This document shows positions 7,895 to 16,963 of a DNA stretch of 64,000 bases, piece after piece; position 1 is the stretch's first letter; each line of letters opens with the position of its first letter. Below the pieces are notes generated by a model that worked only from the letters and a program-made list of their open reading frames with translations, made no database searches and was not told the DNA's origin. A program made the translations under genes and the position numbers. The stretch is from assembly GCA_030649945.1 (NCBI GenBank), contig JAUSFE010000083.1, positions 5,194 to 69,193 on the forward strand. The letters are read 5' to 3'. This stretch comes from Dehalococcoidia bacterium (GTDB lineage Bacteria > Chloroflexota > Dehalococcoidia > SM23-28-2 > RBG-16-64-32).

Positions 7895-8747
7895 CGGACG
7901 ATACCACCGGCAGGAATTACTGTTTGGGACGAAGGGCCAGGAACTGATAGAAGGTTGCCGTGTGGCGATCGTTGGCCTGGGCGGACTTGGAAGCCATGTA
8001 GCGCAGCAACTCACTTACCTTGGCACCCAGAAGTTCGTTCTGGTTGACGGGGACTTTGCGGAGCTGTCGAATCTGAACCGCCTGGTCGGCGCTTGCGAAG
8101 ATGACCTAGGTAGGGCAAAGGTCGAAATCGCTCGGGATGCCATTCTGAAGGTCTCTCGGGCCGCTATCGTAAGAGAGGTACGGGAAAGCGTAGTCTCTGC
8201 CGGGGGATTTTCTGAAATTCTGGGTAGTCAGTTCGTATTTGGCTGCGTGGACGACGATGCGATACGGTTCGTGCTCAATGAACTGTGTCAGGCATACGAG
8301 ACGCCGTACATGGATCTGGCCACGGACATCGACGCTAAGGAGCACTCCTTCGGTGGACGTATCGTGTTCACCGACGGGCGCGCATGTTTGGTTTGTCTAG
8401 ATGCGCTGGAGCCAAACACGATCAGGAAGGCACTCGAAACGCGCGAACAGGCCGAAGAAGAAGACAATATCTACGGCGTACGAGTCGGTGCCCTTCCTCA
8501 AGCGGGCCCCGCCGTGGTCTCCTTAAACGGTGTCATCGCGTCGTTGGGTGTCACCGAGTTCCTATCCGAGATGACGGGTCTACGGCGGGCCAATATTTAT
8601 CTAGAGTATCGGGGATCGCTAGGAATCGTTAGGTGTCAGACGGAAGCGGCCGTACAGAGTTGCTACTATTGCAGGACTGTCCGGGGAAAACGAGCCGAGG
8701 CCAACGTCGAACGATACCTGGCTATATGGCCGACGATCACAGAATGA
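7887..8747 (+). CDS. ThiF/MoeB/E1-like adenylyltransferase (BilD-like)
   Basis: VAIVGLGGLGSHVAQQL (GxGxxG), VLVDGDFAELSNLNRL, and two CxxC pairs (CLVC, CYYC). GTG start overlaps the JAB gene end by 8 nt. Confidence 0.9.
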   Translation: MSDGRYHRQELLFGTKGQELIEGCRVAIVGLGGLGSHVAQQLTYLGTQKFVLVDGDFAELSNLNRLVGACEDDLGRAKVEIARDAILKVSRAAIVREVRESVVSAGGFSEILGSQFVFGCVDDDAIRFVLNELCQAYETPYMDLATDIDAKEHSFGGRIVFTDGRACLVCLDALEPNTIRKALETREQAEEEDNIYGVRVGALPQAGPAVVSLNGVIASLGVTEFLSEMTGLRRANIYLEYRGSLGIVRCQTEAAVQSCYYCRTVRGKRAEANVERYLAIWPTITE

Positions 8748-8757
8748 GCTACGCCGC

Positions 8758-8940
8758 CTACTCCCCCCGCGGCAGGCCCAGGCCGCGCGTGGCGATGATG
8801 TTGCGGTTGACCTCGCTCGTGCCGCCGGCGGGGGTGGAGGCGACGGCGCCCAGGTAGGCGCGCGCGTAGCGGCCCTTGTTCGGCGCGCAGCGGTTGATCG
8901 CGGACCCGGCGCCGGCGTTGCGGTCGCCCTCCAGTGGGCT
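8758..8940 (-). pseudogene. Orphan 3' fragment of an acyl-CoA dehydrogenase gene
   Basis: Encodes LEGDRNAGAGSAINRCAPNKGRYARAYLGAVASTPAGGTSEVNRNIIATRGLGLPRGE, matching the C-terminus of the 9590-10807 gene. By hand alignment, nt 8766-8934 align to 9595-9763 with about 7 mismatches. Homology stops near 8940. Confidence 0.8.
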
Positions 8941-9034
8941 GCGAGCCGCAGGCGTGTCACCCGCCCTCCCCGCGCCATCCACCCCTTACACCTCCCCGCC
9001 GGCCACGCTACGCTGACCGCGGGAGGTGGTCCCC

Positions 9035-9463
9035 ATGCCCAGGGGAGGAAGACGCCCCGGCGCCGGCGCGCCCAGGGGCAACATGAACGCCCTCAAACAT
9101 GGCGCCTACTCGCGCCAGTTCGCACAGGTCGGCGCCCTCCTTGCCTCCGACCCCGCGGTTCGCGATGCCCTCCTTGCAATGGCCCGCAAGCACAACCTGA
9201 AGCGGCAGCGCGCCAACGAGGTCGCCGCTCTCCTCCTCACCAGGCTCTTTGAGCACGCTCAGCAGATCGCCCGCGGCAGGCCTGCCGAAGAACCAGTTCT
9301 GAGCGGCCCGGGGCGAAGTGGGGCGCCGGTCGAAGGATTGAACCTCGACCTCCCTGCCCATGATTGGGATTCAATCACACAGGCCGCCGCCAGGCTCTCC
9401 GGCGGCGAATACGGCTCCCCACAGCCCGGGGCTTCGCGCCCCATAGCAGGCCCGGAAAACTGA
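9035..9463 (+). CDS. hypothetical basic protein (N-terminal PRGGRRPGAGAPRGNMNALKHGAYS motif)
   Basis: ATG 9035 lies 8 nt after GGGAGG. 142 aa. I could not assign a family confidently. It sits between the two ACAD 3' repeat copies. Confidence 0.5.
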   Translation: MPRGGRRPGAGAPRGNMNALKHGAYSRQFAQVGALLASDPAVRDALLAMARKHNLKRQRANEVAALLLTRLFEHAQQIARGRPAEEPVLSGPGRSGAPVEGLNLDLPAHDWDSITQAAARLSGGEYGSPQPGASRPIAGPEN

Positions 9464-9589
9464 AAAATGCGAAACAAACTCTTGGAGGGTGACAATCAAA
9501 CGGCGAATACGCAGCCGCAACGACAATCAGAGGTTGGCCCGTGAGCCCTCGGCCGCTTCACCCCCGCAGCTTCGGTGGGTCCAGCCCCC

Positions 9590-10807
9590 CTAGTCCCGCG
9601 GCAGGCCCAGGCCGCGCGTGGCGATGATGTTGCGGTTGACCTCGCTGGTGCCGCCGGCGATGGTGGAGGCGACGGCGCCCAGGTAGGCGCGCGCGAAGCG
9701 GCCCTTGTTCGGGGCGTAGCGGTTGATCGCGGACCCGGCGCCGGCGTTGCGGTCGCCCTCGAGCTGCCCGTACAGCCCCGCGAGCTTGATCGCCGTGTTC
9801 GCCACGCGCTGGTTCAGCTCCGCGGCGTAGAGTTTGACCGCCGCCGCCTCGTGGTTGGGCACCAGGCCCCGGTTCTGCATGCTGATCACCCGGTACGAGA
9901 GCAGCCGCGCCGTCTCCGCCTCGATGGCCCGCTCCGCCAGCTCGCAGCGGATCGTCGGCTGCACTTCGCCGCGGCGGTCCTTCACCCACAGCACCAGGTC
10001 CTCCACCTGCTGCCCCTGCGCGATCGACGAGCCAATGGACGAGCGCTCGAAGTCCAGCGTCGTCGCCGCCACGTACCAGCCGCGGTTCTCCTCGCCCAGC
10101 AGGTCTTTGCGGGGGACGCGGACGTTGTCGAAGAAGACCTCGTTGAACATGGGCGTGCCGGCCATGTTGACCAGCGGCCGCACGCTGACGCCGGGCGACT
10201 TCATATCGAGCAGGAAGTACGATATGCCCTTGTGCTTGGGCGCCGCCGGGTCCGTGCGCGCCAGCAGGATCATGCGCTGGGCGTACTGGGCGCCGGAGGT
10301 CCAGATCTTCTGGCCGTTGACGATGTAGTCGTCGCCGTCCTTGACCGCGCTGGTCTGCAGCGACGCCAGGTCCGAGCCCGATCCCGGCTCCGAGAACCCC
10401 TGGCACCAGACGGCGTCGCCGGAGAGGATGCCGGGCAGGTGCTCCGTCTTCTGCTCGCCGGCGCCGTAGACGATGATGGTGGGGCCGGCGAAGCCGACGC
10501 CGATGCCGCCGGGCCGGGGCGCGCGCGCCTTCGCCATCTCCTCGTTGAAAACGAACTGCTCCATGATGGTCATGCCCGCGCCGCCGTACTCCTGGGGCCA
10601 GGCGGGAGCCACCCAGCCCTTCGCGGCCAGCTTCTTCATCCACGCCTGGTAGCGCTGCATGGCGGCGGGCCCGCCCTGGGTGGCTGCGTGCGCCGCGCCG
10701 CGGGCATCGGCGATATCGCCGTCGCCGTCGCTGCGGTACTCGCGGGCGATGAAGTCGCGCACCTCGGTGCGGAAGGCCGCTTCGGCGGGTGAGTCGTGGA
10801 AGTCCAT
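9590..10807 (-). CDS. acyl-CoA dehydrogenase family protein (paralog 2)
   Basis: 405 aa, MDFHDSPAEAAFRTEV...GGTSEVNRNIIATRGLGLPRD. Confidence 0.9.
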   Translation of the reverse strand: MDFHDSPAEAAFRTEVRDFIAREYRSDGDGDIADARGAAHAATQGGPAAMQRYQAWMKKLAAKGWVAPAWPQEYGGAGMTIMEQFVFNEEMAKARAPRPGGIGVGFAGPTIIVYGAGEQKTEHLPGILSGDAVWCQGFSEPGSGSDLASLQTSAVKDGDDYIVNGQKIWTSGAQYAQRMILLARTDPAAPKHKGISYFLLDMKSPGVSVRPLVNMAGTPMFNEVFFDNVRVPRKDLLGEENRGWYVAATTLDFERSSIGSSIAQGQQVEDLVLWVKDRRGEVQPTIRCELAERAIEAETARLLSYRVISMQNRGLVPNHEAAAVKLYAAELNQRVANTAIKLAGLYGQLEGDRNAGAGSAINRYAPNKGRFARAYLGAVASTIAGGTSEVNRNIIATRGLGLPRD

Positions 10808-10877
10808 GGTGTTGCTCCGTCTTCGGGGGGTACCCCCCCCCGGCAGTCGACCCGTTGTGTTGGGCGACGCCGCCCCC

Positions 10878-12065
<1,188 letters not shown>

Positions 12066-12225
12066 TGACGTGCTCCTTTCGGTGCGCTGGGCCGGTCAGG
12101 CGGCGGCAGTCTGCCTGCCGGGGGTTTTCAGACCATCGGCCACTGTGGATAATATGGCGGCTCTAACGTGCGCGTCAAGGTTGAGGTGCTCGCGGGCCGG
12201 CCGCCGGACGGGGCGGCGGCGAGGG

Positions 12226-12612
12226 TCAGCCGGCCTGGAACAGGGCCATGCGGTCAAAGTACACCTCGTTGCGCTTGAGGCGGTCGCCGTCTAGGAGCAC
12301 GAGGTCCATCCCGTCGATGTCGACTGTCCTGCCGCCGGAGGTGGGGGTGAGGGTGGCATGCCAGAGGAAGGCGCCGCCCGCCTCGCCGCCGAAGGAGCGA
12401 AATTCCTTGAGCGACCAGTGCATGGTCCACTGATGGAAGAGCTTCGTCAGGTAGCGGCGCAAGGCGTCGCGCCCGATGACGGGACCGCGGGTATTCGGGT
12501 CGAGGTACACGCAGTCCTCGGTGTAGCAGGCGACGACTCTTGCCACGTCCTGCTGGTTCCAGGCCGAGAGGACCGTCTCGGAGAGCTTCAGCGCTTCGTC
12601 ATTGCCCGTCAT
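12226..12612 (-). CDS. SnoaL-like / NTF2-fold protein
   Basis: LSAWNQQDVARVVACYTEDCVYLDP...GRDALRRYL pattern. ATG 12612 is preceded by AAGGAGG. The track ORF extends to 12690. Confidence 0.7.
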   Translation of the reverse strand: MTGNDEALKLSETVLSAWNQQDVARVVACYTEDCVYLDPNTRGPVIGRDALRRYLTKLFHQWTMHWSLKEFRSFGGEAGGAFLWHATLTPTSGGRTVDIDGMDLVLLDGDRLKRNEVYFDRMALFQAG

Positions 12613-12812
12613 GCTAGGCCTCCTTGGCGGGCGCAGGTCTGGGTTCCTCGCTCGCGGCCCTATGCTATCGAACTTTAACGTGCACGTCAAGTGCTTTACA
12701 AGAATATGTTACACAAAACTGTAATGGTCGCGGGCGCTACGCCTGTCCCCTCTCGCGCCAACGGCGGGAGGTTGGAGGTTGGCGGAGATGCGCTGCCGCC
12801 GGTGGCCGCCAT

Positions 12813-12846
12813 CGCGTAGGGGCGCACACGCGGGTGCGCCCCTACG
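12813..12846. terminator. Perfect 14-bp-stem palindrome GCGTAGGGGCGCAC-ACGCGG-GTGCGCCCCTACGC overlapping the flavin reductase stop codon
   Basis: Read directly. The stop codon (12842-12844) lies inside the right arm. There is no T tract. It belongs to the GCGCCCCTAC REP-like family. Confidence 0.4.
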
Positions 12847-13513
12847 CCTCCTCTTCCCCTTCGCGTTCGCGGCGTTCCTGCTCGCGGGCCTCTTCTTCCT
12901 CGCGGCGTTCGCGCTCATCCCGCGCTTCCGCCAGCTCGATGGCGCCTTCGTCGGTGGTGCGGAGCTCGGCCTGGAGACGCTGGCCCAGGATAGCGTAGCG
13001 GTCCAGGCCCAGGTAGTGCAGAGGGCGGTAGTCTCTGTCCTCCACCAGCCACGTCTCGGCGAACGCCTCCTCGTCCGCCTGCACGACGAGTACCCGTCCG
13101 ATGAAGAGCGTGTGGTCGCCGATGCGGAGGGAGTCCTCGAGGCCGCACTCGACGTAGGCGAGGCAGTGGTCGATGAGCGGCGCGTCCACCTTCGAGGCCT
13201 TGAATGTGTGCAGCTTCGCGAGGTCCAGCTTGCCGACGTCGCGGCCGGAGACGACGCCGAAGTAGTGGCTGTGGTTCAGGAGGTCGCGGCCGGGGAAGTT
13301 GAGCGCGAACTGCTCCGAGAAGCTGATCATGTCGTGGGTGTGGCGCTCCTGGCTGACGGCGACGCCGACGAGGGGCGGGCGGCGGGAGAGGGGAGTGGTC
13401 CAGATGGCGGGCATGACGTCCGTCTGGTCCCGCCAGCGGGTGGTGACGAGCACCACCGGGCCGCCGCCCAGCAGGCGAAGGGCGTCCAGGGGCTCAAGGC
13501 TGCGTCGCACCAC
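12842..13513 (-). CDS. flavin reductase-like (FMN-binding split barrel) protein with a charged Glu/Arg tail
   Basis: LRLLGGGPVVLVTTRW...MPAIWTTPLS...HDMISFSEQFALNF...LIDHCLAYVECGL. The C-terminal tail is ERERREEEEAREQERREREGEEEA. Start is uncertain (GTG 13513 or 13510). Confidence 0.75.
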   Translation of the reverse strand: MVRRSLEPLDALRLLGGGPVVLVTTRWRDQTDVMPAIWTTPLSRRPPLVGVAVSQERHTHDMISFSEQFALNFPGRDLLNHSHYFGVVSGRDVGKLDLAKLHTFKASKVDAPLIDHCLAYVECGLEDSLRIGDHTLFIGRVLVVQADEEAFAETWLVEDRDYRPLHYLGLDRYAILGQRLQAELRTTDEGAIELAEARDERERREEEEAREQERREREGEEEA

Positions 13514-13635
13514 GAGTGAGATTATGGCACGCGCGGGCGCCGGGCGGGAGGTTGCGAACGGCGGCTGGCGGGACGCCGGTGACCTGGTGGACACCTCGCT
13601 GTCAGGCCCTCGTCATCCCATGCGATAATCGGGCC

Positions 13636-14592
13636 ATGAGCGGGCGCATACTTGTCGGCTCGTGCTCCTGGGCGGACAAGACGCTGATCGACAGCGGCTG
13701 GTACCCACCGGCGGCGAAGAGCCCGGAGGAGCGGCTGCGCTACTACTCCGAGCGCTTCCCGATCGTGGAAGTGGACAGCACGTACTATGCGATCCCGAGC
13801 GAGCGGAACCCCCAGGCGTGGGTGGAGCGCACGCCGGCCGACTTCGTGTTCGACGTCAAGTCTTACGGCCTCTTCACGCAGCACGGGGCGGCCGTGGCGG
13901 CGCTGCCCAGGGAGATGAAGGAGGCGCTGCCGCCGGGGTTGCGGGAGAAGCGCAACGTCTACTATAAGGACCTGCCGCCGGAGATGGGCGAGGAGCTGTG
14001 GCGGCGTTTCGTGGACGTGCTCCTGCCCATGGACAGCGCCGGCAAGCTGGGCGTGGTGCTGTTCCAGTTCCCACCCTGGTTCGCGCCCTCCAGCGCCCAC
14101 CGCGAGTACATCCTGGAGTGCCGCGAAAGGCTGGGCCAGTACCGCATGGCCGTGGAGTTCCGCCACGGGATGTGGATGGCGGAGGAGGCGGACCGCGAGC
14201 GGACGTTGCGGTTCCTGGCAGAGAACGCCCTGGTCTACGTGTGCGTGGACGAGCCGCAGGGGTTCAAGAGCAGCGTGCCGCCGGTGATGGCGGTGACGGC
14301 GCCCGTGGCGGTCCTACGGATGCACGGCCATAACAGCGAGATGTGGACGAAGAAGGCGACGACCGCGGCGGAGCGCTTCGATTACCTGTACAGCGCGGAC
14401 GAACTGCGCGAGTGGGCGCCGAAGGTGCGCGACCTGGCCAGGGACGCTCGAGAGGTGCACGTGCTGATGAACAACTGCCACCGCGACTATTCCGTGCGGA
14501 ACGCGCGGGAGATAGGGGAGATGCTGGGAGTGCTGGGGAGTGAGGAGAGGGGTGAGCAGGAGGCTGAGGCGGCTCAGGGAGAGCTGCTGTAG
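13636..14592 (+). CDS. DUF72 family protein
   Basis: MSGRILVGSCSWADKTLIDSGWYPP...RLRYYSERFPIVEVDSTYYAIP is a typical DUF72 N-terminus. ATG 13636 lies within the longer track ORF. Confidence 0.85.
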   Translation: MSGRILVGSCSWADKTLIDSGWYPPAAKSPEERLRYYSERFPIVEVDSTYYAIPSERNPQAWVERTPADFVFDVKSYGLFTQHGAAVAALPREMKEALPPGLREKRNVYYKDLPPEMGEELWRRFVDVLLPMDSAGKLGVVLFQFPPWFAPSSAHREYILECRERLGQYRMAVEFRHGMWMAEEADRERTLRFLAENALVYVCVDEPQGFKSSVPPVMAVTAPVAVLRMHGHNSEMWTKKATTAAERFDYLYSADELREWAPKVRDLARDAREVHVLMNNCHRDYSVRNAREIGEMLGVLGSEERGEQEAEAAQGELL

Positions 14593-14600
14593 GGGGAGGC

Positions 14601-14690
14601 TGGCGGAGGGGGTGGGATTCGAACCCACGGTACCCGTGAGGGTACACACGCTTTCCAGGCGTGCCCAATCGGCCACTCTGGCACCCCTCC
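14601..14690 (-). tRNA. tRNA-Ser (anticodon GGA), CCA encoded
   Basis: Reverse complement reads GGAGGGGTGCCAGAGTGG...CACGC-CTGGAAA-GCGTG...long variable arm...GGTTCGAATCCCACCCCCTCCGCCA. Confidence 0.9.
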
Positions 14691-14704
14691 ACGTGATTCG
14701 GTTA

Positions 14705-14766
14705 GGAAGTTGGAGGTTGGAGGTTGGATATTGGATTGGGCGTCCAACCTCTAATCTCTAACCTCC
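14705..14766. repeat. GGARGTT heptamer run facing its own inverted copy (long imperfect hairpin) between the two tRNA-Ser genes
   Basis: GGAAGTT GGAGGTT GGAGGTT GGATATT GGATTGG ... TCCAACC TCTAATC TCTAACC TCC. A related GGAGGTTGGAGGTTGG lies at 12767-12782. Confidence 0.8.
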
Positions 14767-14790
14767 GGCCTTCTTTGTGAGAGGCATCGC

Positions 14791-14882
14791 TGGCGGAGGG
14801 GGTGGGATTCGAACCCACGGTACGCCAAAAGACGTACAACGGTTTTCGAGACCGCCCCGATCAACCACTCCGGCACCCCTCC
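14791..14882 (-). tRNA. tRNA-Ser (anticodon CGA), CCA encoded
   Basis: Reverse complement reads GGAGGGGTGCCGGAGTGG...GCGGT-CTCGAAA-ACCGT...GGTTCGAATCCCACCCCCTCCGCCA. Confidence 0.9.
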
Positions 14883-14944
14883 AGGCCTCGGGCTGGCATA
14901 CCAATGGTAACATTTGGCGCATTTGTTCGGGAGGTGCGGCGGGG

Positions 14945-15223
14945 CTATGGCCGCGGCTTCCCGGACGGCCTGCCGGCGACCTTCTCGTAGCGCGCCTGCA
15001 TGTCCTTCTCCGCTTCGTCCTGGGCTTGCCTGGCCTCCGTCAGCGCCTCGTTCACGCGCTCGCGCAGCCCGTGGACGGCGCGCTGCAGCGCGGCCGTCGC
15101 GCCGTTGGCCTCGCCGGCCGGCGGCCATTCCTTGCGGCTATCCCTTGCCTTGGCCGGAGCGAACAGGATGGCGCCGGCGAACCCCAGCGCGAGGCCGATG
15201 AGCAGACCGATCAGAAACCGCAT
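14945..15223 (-). CDS. YtxH-like small membrane-anchored protein
   Basis: 92 aa, MRFLIGLLIGLALGFAGAILFAP followed by a helical charged region. Confidence 0.65.
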   Translation of the reverse strand: MRFLIGLLIGLALGFAGAILFAPAKARDSRKEWPPAGEANGATAALQRAVHGLRERVNEALTEARQAQDEAEKDMQARYEKVAGRPSGKPRP

Positions 15224-15231
15224 AGCGCCCC

Positions 15232-15573
15232 CTATCCGGCCTCTTTGGGCCGCGTGAACCTGCCGACGACCGCGATGAACCGTCGCGCGCCGGCGGCAAC
15301 CCCGTAGACCTTGACGACCGGCCTGACGGCGTTGTCAGAGACGAAGGTGACGGTGCCGCGGACGGTGGATGTGGTCTCGCGCACGTTCTCCAGGGCGGGC
15401 TGGACGTTCATCTTCAGGAGCCGGCGCGTGCGCATGACGACGCCGGCGCTGAGCACGCCGAGGATGATGGTGAAGACGGTGCCCACGAGAAAGAGGAGGG
15501 TGCCCGCCACCATGAAGCACATGATGAACAGGTCGCGCCACTCCTCCGGGGTGTCCAGATAGCCGATTTCCAT
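15232..15573 (-). CDS. small membrane protein (DUF948-like?)
   Basis: ATG 15573 follows GGAGGT. One TM segment (FIMCFMVAGTLLFLVGTVFTIILGVL) then a helical tail. Confidence 0.5.
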   Translation of the reverse strand: MEIGYLDTPEEWRDLFIMCFMVAGTLLFLVGTVFTIILGVLSAGVVMRTRRLLKMNVQPALENVRETTSTVRGTVTFVSDNAVRPVVKVYGVAAGARRFIAVVGRFTRPKEAG

Positions 15574-15718
15574 GGGGCGGTTACCTCCTGGCGTCTGAAG
15601 TAGGGCGGTTCGCGCTAGACCCGGCAGACCGGCGGTCATTATAGCAGAACGGCCGAATGCGGCGGAGGTGCAGCCGAAGCTTCATGCCTTAGCGCCCGTG
15701 CGTAAGAGCCTGGGGAAC

Positions 15719-15758
15719 CACGAAGGCACGAAGGCACGAAAGCACGAAGGCACGAAGG
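15719..15758. repeat. Octanucleotide tandem repeat CACGAAGG x5 (third unit CACGAAAG)
   Basis: Read directly. It lies immediately 3' of the mnmA stop on the minus strand. Confidence 0.95.
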
Positions 15759-15766
15759 TTACTGTT

Positions 15767-16864
15767 CTACAGGCGCCCGACAATGGCGCCGCCGCCCAGC
15801 ACGCGGTCTCCCCGGTAGAAGACCACCGCCTGGCCCGGGGTCACCGCGCGCTGCGGACGCTCGAAGCGCACCTCCGCCCGGCGGTCCGGCAGGAGCCGGA
15901 GCCGCGCGGGGGCGGCCTCGCTGCGATAGCGGATGCGGGCGGCGATGCGGGCTGTCCCCGCCTGAGGCGGGCGGCCGCTGACGAACGTCACTTCATCGGC
16001 CAGGAGGCCTTCCGCCATCAACTCCTCGGGAGGGCCGACGACCACGCGGCCGGCGTCCGCGTCCAGGCCGGTGACAAAGAGAGGCCCGGCGCCGGCGCGA
16101 GCCGGCAATCCCTTGCGCTGGCCGACCGTGTAGTTGACGATGCCCTCGTGGCGGCCTAGCGTCCTGCCCTCGATGTCCACGATGTCCCCGGGGCGCGTCT
16201 CTGCGCGGTCCCGGACGAACGCTCGGTAATTGCCGGAGGGGATGAAGCAGATGTCTGCGGAGTCCGGCTTCGCGGCGTTGGGGAGACGCCAGCGGCGCGC
16301 CAGCCGGCGGACGTGGGCCTTGGTGTACTCGCCGACGGGGAAGAGGGTGCGCTCCAGCTCCGGCTGGCGCAGCGTGTAGAGGACGTAGGACTGGTCCTTG
16401 GACGGATCGGCAGCGCGCCAGAGCTGGGCAGGGCGCCCGTCCCGGCGGCGGACGCGGGCGTAGTGGCCGGTGGCGAGGAAGCCGGCGCCCAGCGCGAGCG
16501 CGCGCTCCAGCAGCGGGCGGAACTTCACGCGGTCGTTGCAGGCCAGGCAGGGGTTGGGCGTGCGGCCGCGGGCGTACTCCCGCACGAAGGGGGCGACGAC
16601 GCCCTCGGCGAACTCGCGCTCCAGGTTGAGGACGTAGTGGCGGATGCCGAGGACGTCCGCGGCGGCGCGGGCGTCGTCCGTGTCCTCCACGGAACAGCAG
16701 CGCTTATGGTGGCGGGCGGCGCCGGCGTCCTCGGCGGTCCACAGGCGCATGGTGACGCCGATGACCTCGTAGCCCTGCTCGAGGAGCAGGCCGGCGGCTA
16801 CGGAGGAGTCCACTCCCCCGGACATGGCGACGACGACTCTGGGCTGAGGCATATCTGTGGCCAT
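15767..16864 (-). CDS. mnmA: tRNA 2-thiouridine(34) synthase MnmA
   Basis: VVVAMSGGVDSSVAAGLL (PP-loop), CCSVEDTDDARAAADVLGI, GRTPNPCLACN. ATG 16864 (or 16852) was chosen. The track ORF runs on to 17227 with non-homologous sequence. Confidence 0.9.
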   Translation of the reverse strand: MATDMPQPRVVVAMSGGVDSSVAAGLLLEQGYEVIGVTMRLWTAEDAGAARHHKRCCSVEDTDDARAAADVLGIRHYVLNLEREFAEGVVAPFVREYARGRTPNPCLACNDRVKFRPLLERALALGAGFLATGHYARVRRRDGRPAQLWRAADPSKDQSYVLYTLRQPELERTLFPVGEYTKAHVRRLARRWRLPNAAKPDSADICFIPSGNYRAFVRDRAETRPGDIVDIEGRTLGRHEGIVNYTVGQRKGLPARAGAGPLFVTGLDADAGRVVVGPPEELMAEGLLADEVTFVSGRPPQAGTARIAARIRYRSEAAPARLRLLPDRRAEVRFERPQRAVTPGQAVVFYRGDRVLGGGAIVGRL

Positions 16865-16963
16865 GTTATCATTTGCGCAGATATCGGAAGGGGCTGGTAA
16901 ACTGGGTCCAGAACCGGGGAGTGCTCCGTTGTCGTAAACCTGGTCGCTCCCCCTGGAGGACAT

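Larger units (their letters stand above)
5271..8757. mobile_element. Putative horizontally acquired islet carrying the XRE/ImmA and Ubl-E2-JAB-E1 genes (no recombinase seen)
   Basis: GC drops (30/60 at 7381-7440 against 43/60 at 10441-10500). It lies between the ccr stop and an orphan ACAD 3' fragment. Boundaries are approximate. Confidence 0.4.

Noticed and set aside
8758-8982. 74-aa ORF treated as an intact small gene
   Set aside because: Only its C-terminal ~60 aa are homologous, to an ACAD C-terminus. The N-terminal part is unrelated, and no functional ACAD can be 74 aa. I called it a gene fragment.
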